A DNA stretch of 48,463 nt from Octopus bimaculoides. Taxonomy: Eukaryota. The notes below the pieces were generated by a model, which was not told where the DNA came from, searched no databases, and was given only the letters and a program-made list of their open reading frames with translations. The stretch is from NCBI RefSeq assembly GCF_001194135.2, contig NC_068998.1:49242651-49291113 (forward strand), in the 5' to 3' direction. The position numbers were made by a program, and so were the translations under genes. The stretch's first letter is position 1. Each line of letters starts with the position of its first letter. Positions 12,244 through 22,904 of this stretch are shown piece after piece.

Positions 12244-12298
12244 ATCACATGTTACATCATATTAAATTATAAAGGACAGTGCCATGTGTAAGTCGCCA
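12244..12298 (+). promoter_or_regulatory. Core promoter of paralog C
   Basis: CACATGTTAC at 12246-12255, TATAAA at 12268-12273, gtaagtcgcc at ~12288. Confidence 0.6.
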
Positions 12299-12302
12299 GT
12301 AT

Positions 12303-12515
12303 ATGAAATGTTCGTCTGGAAATTACACAATGATATATTCTATATTTATTTTCTTTCTCATTCCTCGTAAGTTTCTATATGATAATTTTTTCGGAATTTT
12401 CATTAATATATTTTTGTTGAATTTAGATACGCTATAAATGATGTAGTAATATAGTTAATCTGTCTCATCCTTTTCCTACTCATTATGTCTCCTCATACAT
12501 ACCTACATACATACA

Positions 12516-12551
<36 letters not shown>

Positions 12552-13129
12552 TGTATGTATATATATAGATATATATACATACTTATGCCAAAATATTTTT
12601 ATATATCTTACAGAAATACGAACCCACAAAATATTACACCAAAATATAACCTTGTTAAATGGATGTACACATTGAATGAATATTAAAATGCGTTTTTCTT
12701 CAATTTTTTTTTGAATGCAGCAATCAGAATTTCATTTTCTTTCGCATAAACGAACTGTTTTCAAGTTGATTATCTTTCGGATCTACACGGTGTAGTTATA
12801 AGAAGGAATTGAAATCCGAACATCACAAAATATTTCTTTTGGTATTTGAACCATTTGCGTTTAATATCTGCTCACAATTCTTCGGCTGTTGCACACTTTT
12901 TGTAATATTTTGCGTGCGTTCGTATAATAAGTTGCCCTTATAAGTTGACGTAAACGTGACAAGTCAAAATACCGTCTGTGAAGAATCGTTCAATTGATGT
13001 TATTCTTGAATACACGCAACACAATGTAACTCGTGCATATCTATGTATTTACTTATGTATTCTATATAGGTGTCTATCTCACACTTCGTCAGTCTCTCTA
13101 CACATTCAAGCGTGCTCACACACATATAT

Positions 13130-13205
<76 letters not shown>

Positions 13206-14060
13206 GGTAGAAAGAGATGGGGGAGAAGGAGAAGCAATGATGCAGATAAAGAAATTAGATATCTCAAATATAACATAATAGTTTGAGTATCAGCTAAATC
13301 CCTGAAATATAAAATCTCTTCCCTGATGATGAGGTACCGTCTAATACTATGTTGATTGCACCCCTTACGGCACATATTGAGATGAACAACACCAACCAGC
13401 ATTATCACGCATCTCCAAGCCTCCAGAAACAGATTTTGGGCTTATAATTTTCTCTTTCGTTTATACTGTGTAAGCCTGGTTAATCAATATAAATATCTTA
13501 TACTTGTTCTTAAATATTCATCGTCTGAAAGTCTCCATCTTTTACTTTCTCTCTATTTCCATGTATACATATATACATATCACGTGTTTCATGCGCAGTT
13601 ATGTACATATATATTAATACATGTAATATACATGTATACGCCAACCCTCACACATATGTGTGTGTGTCTGTGTGTGCGCGTGTTTCCGTGTTTGTGTACG
13701 TTGCTAACATTCAATCATACCGTAAAAGTGCAAATGAATTTCCCCTCTATGTTTCCATACATTACTTACAGTATTTTGAAATCCCCAGACATATCCAATC
13801 CCCGATCAGAATTATAATGAAATCTCATCATTGTACGCACAAATCCCCAGAATCGAACATTAAAATACCATATATATTCTCTGTGTCATATAATTGCGTA
13901 ATAAACAACATTCAATTCTGCAAAGGTCATTTCATAATTTCCTATAAATCTTAAATTTTTTTAGGTATCAATGCAATGACTGTGGATTGCATTAAAGAGG
14001 CAAAAAAGCATTGTCCTAGTTTTGTGCATCCTGATAAAACTGATGAATACTGCAGGTACG

Positions 14061-14093
<33 letters not shown>

Positions 14094-16253
14094 ATAATTT
14101 TATTGTTAGACTTTAACAAATAATTATACAATTATGTATTGTCAAATATTTGCTTTTATAAAACGTTTATCTTTATAGAAAGTCTAAATCTTTTTAGATG
14201 AATCCATAGCAATGAAAATAAATATTTCTTTTGACTATTATTCATAATAATGATTTCAATGACAGTAATGTCGATGGAGAGTGTACGTCGATTACATCGA
14301 CTCCATTACTCAACAGCTATTTTTTTGATCGACTCAAAGGGATGAAAAGTATAGAATTTTAACTCAGAATGCAAAGACAGACGAAATGTTGCTACGCATT
14401 CCGTCCGGCGTGATAGCGATTCTATCAGCTTGTTCTACATGTTCAATTATATAAAGACAACCGTGCAGACTTACGTTTATTTCTTTTTTTTCATTTCAAT
14501 TTTAAATCGTTTAATTTTGCTATAGTAGTTCAATTATATAAAGACAACCGTGCAGCCTGACGTTTATTTCCTTTTTTTCCATTTGTATTTTAAATTGTTT
14601 AATTTTGCTATCGTAGTTTATATATTTCTGAAAGGTTAATCTCTGGATAATATATCTGGGAATAGAGTTGATATAAAAATATAAATAAAACAGGAATACT
14701 TGCACGTTTAGAATTCATTCATATTTCTACTTTGCAGAACTTTCGGGGAATTTGAAAAATGCTTCAAAACACTTGATATATATTGCTTTGAACGGTTCCA
14801 AACCATACATTTTCATAATTGTTTGGTAAGTAGCTGGCATTGCATTCGAATTATTTGTCTTAAACAAAAAGTGACAGATCTGAACTATGTAAAAAAAAAC
14901 ACAAAGTTTTATTTTAAGAGTATAAACAATGAAATTGCCCTTGAAAGAACTAACGAGCAAGAAAAGAAAGAATATGTTATTTAGTTCCGTATTTTTTTTA
15001 TTTTCTTTCAATTCAATACTAAATAATATGGCGTAGTACGTACTGCGATAACGTAATCGTACCAAACGGTCGTAGTTGCAGTATTTCATAAATTCTCTAA
15101 TAATCTACTGTGTCATACTTGTAAGAGTTTTAATCAGTCGTAGTATTATGGTATCTATATTCGATATTGTTCGATGAATTCCATATAGGTATATGTCTGA
15201 AATGGCATTATAATTTTTCACAACAGTTGAACATTCTCTTTCAGACTGTACCGAAGAGGAACAGCTTCCGCAACACAGTTTCTACTGGTCCTGCGTCTTC
15301 AGTATGTGAATATAGCTATATCAATTTCAAGGATACGTCTTTTAATTCGCTTTCATATCATTTAAACATTTCTGTGATAAACGCAACTGTTTTTTTTTTC
15401 TGTTGTTATCAGTGAGATAGTATGGTAACCTATTTCATTATCGCTACAAAAACAGTAACATAAGCATAAATTATACTGCAAAGCCTGTACGATGTACAAA
15501 GATATATTTTCTGTAGATACATTGTAATGTATCTAATATCTAATTACAACAGTCGAATTTGTAATATATACGAATATATACCATATATACGTTTCAATGT
15601 GAATTATAGGGTTTTTAGTAACGAGAGTGTGTCGTTGTACTACAATTTGTAGACAAGTTATCTAAAATCCTGTTGTAATTACAATAATATCATTGTTAGT
15701 TGAAACTACGTTATACATAGATGGTTTGAAAGTTGAGCTAGTTTTTGATGGAGTTTCTCTATAAGCCTCCACTGAAGTCTAATGCTGGCTCCGTACCGTT
15801 TACATAATGCAGTTCTATATTTTAGAGATGAGGAATTATGTACATTATTTACATTTGACGGACATTTGTTCTCATCTTGTTTGCTCTTAAATATAGAACT
15901 GGACTTTATAAGTTAATGAAAATTAGTCTCTAAGCATAACTTATATGGTTAAAAATATAACAGACTACGATTTGATGAGGTATCTTAATGTATCTACAAC
16001 AATTACTCGATACATGAGAATATATGATATATCATTAATATATGATATATTCACAACACCCTAGAGGTCATAGGCCACGTGAATAATAATGGAAGTTCTA
16101 GGAGTATAATTGCTTACCTAATTCGCATTAAATGTTTGTCGGCATAAAACTTTGAATAACCAACATTTCTTCCATTTGCAGCCAGCCAGTATTCACAACA
16201 GCCACTTACTATTCGCAACTGTTGTTGTAATTCTGTTACTCACACATACATAA
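12303..16253 (+). CDS. Paralog C, complete 5-exon gene, ~123 aa
   Basis: join(12303-12366,13965-14055,14738-14825,15245-15301,16182-16253). Protein: MKCSSGNYTMIYSIFIFFLIPRINAMTVDCIKEAKKHCPSFVHPDKTDEYCRTFGEFEKCFKTLDIYCFERFQTIHFHNCLTVPKRNSFRNTVSTGPASSPASIHNSHLLFATVVVILLLTHT*. The exon-4 donor used here is the non-ancestral GTATGT at 15302. Confidence 0.85.
13133..13203. repeat. (GA)n microsatellite (homologous tract at 6652-6696 in intron 1 of B)
   Basis: Direct reading; the flanks are homologous between B and C. Confidence 0.9.
14280..14430 (-). mobile_element. Diverged SINE fragment
   Basis: gtcgattacatcgact...gacagacgaaatgttgctacgcattccgtccggcg matches the same family in reverse. Confidence 0.55.
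14441..14616. repeat. ~87-bp tandem duplication in intron 2 of paralog C
   Basis: gttcaattatataaagacaaccgtgcag...aattttgctat occurs twice. Confidence 0.85.
15810..15901. mobile_element. Collapsed remnant of the same Penelope-type terminal repeat, in intron 4 of paralog C
   Basis: Matches 2108-2190. Ends CAGTTCTATATTT...AAATATAGAACTG form a 13-bp inverted repeat; the hammerhead part is deleted. Confidence 0.6.
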
Positions 16254-16689
16254 GTATCATTATACAGGTATGTATGTGTGTTATTTTGAAGACGTTATTC
16301 AATGAGATGAGCAGTAAAAGTGAAGTCCGAATATTACAAGAGATCAGTTTCGCTACAGATGTCTACAATTTTATATGTGACTTTGAGGATAACTTTTAAT
16401 ATTCTACACAGTATGCTTTAAGTGTAGATTAAAATGTAGATTAAAATAATGTAGTATTCTTTTATTTTTATTTTTTTACTTGTTTCAGTTATTTTGACTG
16501 CAGCCATGCTAGAGCACCACCCTTTAGCCGACGAAATTGATGCCAGGAATTTGTATTCAGAAAGTTCAGGTGCATTTTCAGCAACAAAGCTTCATATATA
16601 TTTGTACAGAGATATTTAAAGTCTAAAAAGTATATGTACGTACTGGCCACAGAAACCCACGAACTACTAAAGAGTCCGCTATATAAATT

Positions 16690-16764
16690 TACATATATAA
16701 GCCAGAAAAATCCGCGTTGTAGTGAGTGCGCGATAGGTGAACCGCGATATGGAGAAGGATTACT
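16690..16764 (-). mobile_element. Tigger/pogo-like MITE end
   Basis: Reverse complement begins CAGTAATCCTTCTCCATATCGCGGTTCACCTATCGCG next to a TA. Confidence 0.4.
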
Positions 16765-17559
16765 GAATAAGTATTTTGGGGTGAACAGGAAGTAGAAAGA
16801 AGGCAATTTGTAGAGCAAGAAAAAATGTGAGAAAAGGACAAGTGAAGAGGAGATAAAATGGAGAAAATAGAGGGAAAATTAAGGTGAGAGGGATAAAAAA
16901 ACGAGAGAGGAAATTCAGAGTTCAAATTCCGCTGAGGTCATCTTTACAGTTGCTCCTTTCGGGCTGAATAAAATATGTACAAGTTAAGTACTGGGGTGGA
17001 TGTAATAGAATGTTTATCCTCTCCGACGAAATCGCTTACTTTGGCATGCAAAATATGCTCCACCGGAGACTTTTGTGACAAAACACTTTGGTGGAGGCTC
17101 TATCATGCTTACGTTTGCAATTGATCCTTTATGAATCGATAAAATATGTACAAGTATCAGGGTCGAAGTAATAGATGTTTATCCTACCCGGCGAAATTGT
17201 CTACCTTGTCCCAAAATTTGAAACTAATATTCCTTCTTAACATTTTCTCAATTATAACATGAATCTTTATACTCTCAAGCATCACTAATTAGCTACAAAT
17301 TCATCAACTGTTCATTAAACAAAAAAGCGAAAACAAAACGAACAACAAACAAACAAGAAATAAATAAAATTCAGACATAATAAAAATCGTTAAATTTAGA
17401 CTGAATACATTGTAAATGTAATTTTGAACCTAACCTTCCACTATGTACAGGTACACCAATATATCACAATTTTCTTAAGGTTATCTTTTATACACCTGTC
17501 CTGTTGGTGAAAGCTGAAAAATAAGAAGTTGAAAATGTATCATAATCTAGCATGTTATA

Positions 17560-17700
17560 GATCAAATTTACATGCATTCTTCGTAAGTTGAAACACATGT
17601 CACACCATATTTAATTATAATAGAAATTGCAACGTGGAGGCCGCCAGCGAAGTTTTTCTCCCGAAATTACAAAATCAATATACATAGGATATAAGTAATG
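17560..17700 (+). pseudogene. Degenerate promoter/exon-1 relic upstream of paralog D
   Basis: agcatgttatagatcaaatttacatgcattcttcgtaagttgaaacacatgtcac...ttataatag closely matches the B promoter (4991-5070). The signal-peptide exon that follows is eroded. Confidence 0.6.
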
Positions 17701-17902
17701 TAGTGATCTACCTACTTTTGATTTCATTCTAAAATCATGAGGCTGCTTATTGCTGCTAAATCTCCAGCTATTGATATATGCTAAATCAAAACGTACTTTT
17801 ATTTGAAATAAGGATTTTGTTTTACAAATATATTATCGATAGCCTTTGAAATCAATTTTGAATTATTAGCTTTCTTAGGCCTATAAATATATATATATTT
17901 TT

Positions 17903-18240
17903 TTAAAGCATCCTGACCAGATGACCACTCCATCTGAGCCTTTGCTTCAACACAAGAGCTTCTATACTTTCATACCGAGAGCTTTCCAGTATCTCAAGAT
18001 CACTGATGCGGTCCTCCCAATTAATGCCATAGATCCGTCTGAGACACATCTGATGGAAACGTTCCAGTTGTGTTAGCTGGTATCGATATGTGACCCAGGT
18101 CTCAAAGGCATAAAGAAGAGAAGCGAGTACACACGCCTTGTACACCTTTATCTTTGTCTTCCTGCATATGTCTCGCCGAGCCCAGACACGCCTTTCTAGC
18201 CTTCCGAAATCATAACTTGCTTTCCTAATTCTGTATGGGG
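17903..18240 (-). mobile_element. RTE-clade LINE reverse transcriptase C-terminal fragment
   Basis: IRKASYDFGRLERRVW...TKIKVYKACVLASLLYAFETWVTYRYQLTQLERFHQMCLRRIYGINWEDRISDLEIL...QRLRWSGHLVRM is the typical RTE/BovB post-RT motif. Confidence 0.85.
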
Positions 18241-18848
18241 TTATGCTATTGTTTAGAATTTATTCACGCATGTAGAACTTTGTAAACGAGTCTCTAGGCT
18301 GCTTTTCTTTCTCTTTTGTCTTGTAGGTACAAGTTGTGACAGCATTATTGTTCTTTTGTTATCGGATTTAATACTTTTGTAAGACAGTATAAAGTTGAAA
18401 GTTACACATTCTAGTATCGAAGCGCTTAGAAGTTGGGTACGTAACTTGGGTGTGTCGGTAAGAGAATGTATATAGGTGGTTAGTGTAGGCTTGCCCTGTC
18501 CTTAAATATAAACAAAACGCCCCTAAGGATTTTGCCCTGCGTTTTAACAATTCCGCTAGCTCAGCACGTTCTATGCATATATTATGTTGACGTCTACCCA
18601 CTTATGTGTGTACACACATATATCCCATTGTATGTAAAATCATATTCTACACAGATGTTGTGATGTATAGAAGGGTAGCTCAATCCTAAAAAAATAATGA
18701 GAATATGAAGTATGAAGACAGAGGTGATTGATTTAGACTTACAAAAGTAAATATTAATAACATATCTGTAAATATCTCATTCTCTTCACCCCCTAGTGTC
18801 CAAAAGTTTCTGCCATAAATCAAATTTTCAAGTCTTCTCCATGATTCT

Positions 18849-18905
18849 AACACATGTTACAATATATATAATCATAAAAGAAATTGCCAAAGGTAATTCG
18901 CCCGA
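18849..18905 (+). promoter_or_regulatory. Core promoter of paralog D
   Basis: AACACATGTTAC at 18849-18860, CATAAAA at 18873. Confidence 0.5.
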
Positions 18906-18942
18906 ATATGAGGAGGTGTTGAATTCATCACGCAAATACACC

Positions 18943-19131
18943 ATGAAATATTCCATAATCATTTTCCTTCTTATTTTCCGTAAGTAGCTATATGATAATT
19001 ATCTCTGAATTTTTAATATTGTTTGTGTGCAGAATATTAATATGATATAAGTGACATTGTAATATATCCATTCTGTCTCATCGTTTTCTTTCTCACTCTC
19101 TGTGCTTATACATACACACATGCATAGACAC

Positions 19132-19196
<65 letters not shown>

Positions 19197-20386
19197 CGTG
19201 TGTATATATACATACATACATAGATACAAAAGTCACCGGATATCATTGAGATAAAACGTAATTTTCAAGTTAGCGGCCAAAGAAACAGAATTCAGCTCCA
19301 CTGCACTTCGTGGAGATAAGTCTTGTAGCCCCCCCCCCTCACATACAAAAAATAAAGATAAGATTACAACCGGGACTGAAATTTTCTTTGCTTGTAGGTC
19401 ACCAAACCTTTGAGATTTACGGCTTTGCACCCATCTGAATGTAACGTTGAAACAGTGGAAAATTTATGTACGTTTATATGTTTCGTGGGGAATCAAATAT
19501 TACGTAGTAGTGCATGCAGCTGAATATCTCAAACTCTTTGAACACACACACACACACACACACCATCAGCTATAATATCACTTATACATACAGCTCTGTA
19601 AAAAAAACGCACTCAGTGTGATATTGAAAACCACGGCAGCGCTTTGAGAACATTGCTATCTATATATGCTAAAAACGTGCTTCGAAGAAGCTTTCAAACA
19701 CAAACAGAAATAGACATTTATCAGGAGAATGGATCCTGAATAACAATTGAACCAATCAAAATATTACCATCAACAGCATCCACATTCAACAACAATAAGA
19801 ATGCTCGGGTTGGCAAAACACTTGCATGAAAACCTGCATTAGCAACCAAAGTGTGGCGGATGAAGACTGGACAATAAAAAAAAAAATCAAACAGAACTCG
19901 AAAATGTTCTATTCATATATCAACAAGCATAAGACTGCTTTCTCACCGCTGATCGATAATATCAGAATTCTCCAATACGACGCTAATGAAATGACAGAAT
20001 TACTGCAGAAACAATACAGCCCTGTCTTAAGTGATTCCAATGATAATGACACAAGCGATCTCAACGAATTCAATCCTCAACACATTATCTCGGGTATAAC
20101 TTTTACTGCCTCAGACAACAATAAATGAAACCAAGTACTATTCTACTATAGGCTCTGATAAGTTCTCCATAAGTATCCCACAGGAATGTAGACCCTAACC
20201 GACCTCTGGAGAATTTCGGTTTAGATTCTGAATATGTGCCGAAACAGTTATCATTTTGATCTGTCATTCCGGTCTTCAGAAAGGGAAAAACGGTTTATCG
20301 CCGATATTACACAGTTCGCATATCATCAAAGTGTTTCAAAGGTCAGTGGGTGTGATCAAGGACAACTGGCTCTCTGGAGAGCATTG

Positions 20387-20417
<31 letters not shown>

Positions 20418-21170
20418 GTGTATATAAAGTAGTTCGAAATCAGTAACAAAACGATATGTTTCGTATTTAATATCTTCAGAGTTGTAAGGCGGCGAGCTGA
20501 CAGAATCGTTGGCAAGTCGTGCGAAATGCCTATCGGTATTTCGTCTGCCGTTGCGTTCTGATTTCAAATTCCGCCGAGGTCGACTTTGCTTTTCATCTTT
20601 TTAGGAGTCGATTTAAATAAGTACTACTTACGCACTGGAGTCAATGTAATCGATTTAATCCCTTTGTCTGTCCTTGTTTGTCCCCCTCTGTATTTATCCC
20701 CCTGTGGGCAATAAAGAAATAAATATTTTCAGAATTGTTGCCAGTTGTAAAAGCAACAGAACTTATTCTATTGATATAGAAACAGATTGATCTTCATAAT
20801 TTTCTTGATTATAAACTTATACAACTTTAGCCCTAGCAACGATAAATGGAGAATAATCAAGAAACACAAGTGCATGTCGTGTAATAAGTGTCCAGCACAC
20901 ATTAGGAGAGAATTTTAGCCAATGTGGTAATGTCTCATATATTATATCATACAAATGAGCAGACACACTCATGCGCACCCGACACACACACACATCCACA
21001 CACAAACCGTAATGTACATACATACCTATCACTATATCCATGTATACATATATGGAGCGAGAGATAAAAAGATAAATATACACTTAAATGCATATATTTA
21101 TGTACATGTACATGTACATAAATATATACATGCATATGTGTGTGCATACAGATATATCTATGTATATATA

Positions 21171-21221
<51 letters not shown>

Positions 21222-21236
21222 CAGTGTATATATAAG

Positions 21237-21273
<37 letters not shown>

Positions 21274-22424
21274 GTGTATGTATATATATATATAATACAA
21301 AGAATATATATACATGTATACACACATATATGTACATACTTACATCTACATGTGTATATACATGCATATCAGGGTACAGGACGTTAGAACAATAAACTAC
21401 AGACAACGGAACGAACACATAGGAAAACGGAAAGCCACTTGGAATATTCCTTCATCAGCTGTCTCTATTCTATCTAGACGTTTNNNNNNNNNNNNNNNNN
21501 NNNNNNNNNNNNNNNNNNNNNNNNNNNNNNNNNNNNNNNNNNNNNNNNNNNNNNNNNNNNNNNNNNNNNNNNNNNNNNNNNNNNNNNNNNNNNNNNNNNN
21601 NNNNNNNNNNNNNNNNNNNNNNNNNNNNNNNNNNNNNNNNNNNNNNNNNNNNNNNNNNNNNNNNNNNNNNNNNNNNNNNNNNNNNNNNNNNNNNNNNNNN
21701 NNNNNNNNNNNNNNNNNNNNNNNNNNNNNNNNNNNNNNNNNNNNNNNNNNNNNNNNNNNNNNNNNNNNNNNNNNNNNNNNNNNNNNNNNNNNNNNNNNNN
21801 NNNNNNNNNNNNNNNNNNNNNNNNNNNNNNNNNNNNNNNNNNNNNNNNNNNNNNNNNNNNNNNNNNNNNNNNNNNNNNNNNNNNNNNNNNNNNNNNNNNN
21901 NNNNNNNNNNNNNNNNNNNNNNNNNNNNNNNNNNNNNNNNNNNNNNNNNNNNNNNNNNNNNNNNNNNNNNNNNNNNNNNNNNNNNNNNNNNNNNNNNNNN
22001 NNNNNNNNNNNNNNNNNNNNNNNNNNNNNNNNNNNNNNNNNNNNNNNNNNNNNNNNNNNNNNNNNNNNNNNNNNNNNNNNNNNNNNNNNNNNNNNNNNNN
22101 NNNNNNNNNNNNNNNNNNNNNNNNNNNNNNNNNNNNNNNNNNNNNNNNNNNNNNNNNNNNNNNNNNNNNNNNNNNNNNNNNNNNNNNNNNNNNNNNNNNN
22201 NNNNNNNNNNNNNNNNNNNNNNNNNNNNNNNNNNNNNNNNNNNNNNNNNNNNNNNNNNNNNNNNNNNNNNNNNNNNNNNNNNNNNNNNNNNNNNNNNNNN
22301 NNNNNNNNNNNNNNNNNNNNNNNNNNNNNNNNNNNNNNNNNNNNNNNNNNNNNNNNNNNNNNNNNNNNNNNNNNNNNNNNNNNNNNNNNNNNNNNNNNNN
22401 NNNNNNNNNNNNNNNNNNNNNNNN

Positions 22425-22459
<35 letters not shown>

Positions 22460-22860
22460 TATTGAACATTGGGAGGGGCATTATGCCGGTAATAATAAAC
22501 ACACGCGCTGGTTTAGTCCTTTATTATTATTGTTATTTAATGTGTTAGTTACTCCGTTAACCAATTTAGCGATCAGCCGTTCTATAACATCTCTTTCAAC
22601 ACGTGAATTCACACCAAGAATCTTGCAATCCAAATACAAATACGAACTATATGTATATGAGTGTGTTATAGGCAATGAAATATTCTTAAATAAATAAGAC
22701 CTAATGGCAGCATTCGAACAGTTTATCAATGTAAAAGATGACAAACCGGTAAGTTGCGGGACGTAAACACACCAGCATCGGTTGTCAAGCGATGTTGGAG
22801 TGACAAACATAGACACACAAACATATACATATGCATACACACACACACACACAGACACAC

Positions 22861-22904
<44 letters not shown>

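Noticed and set aside
20831-20917. Candidate exon 2 for D ([16 protein letters not shown], similar to B's CPAHF)
   Set aside because: Wrong phase at the acceptor, wrong Cys spacing, and an in-frame stop before any third Cys or donor.
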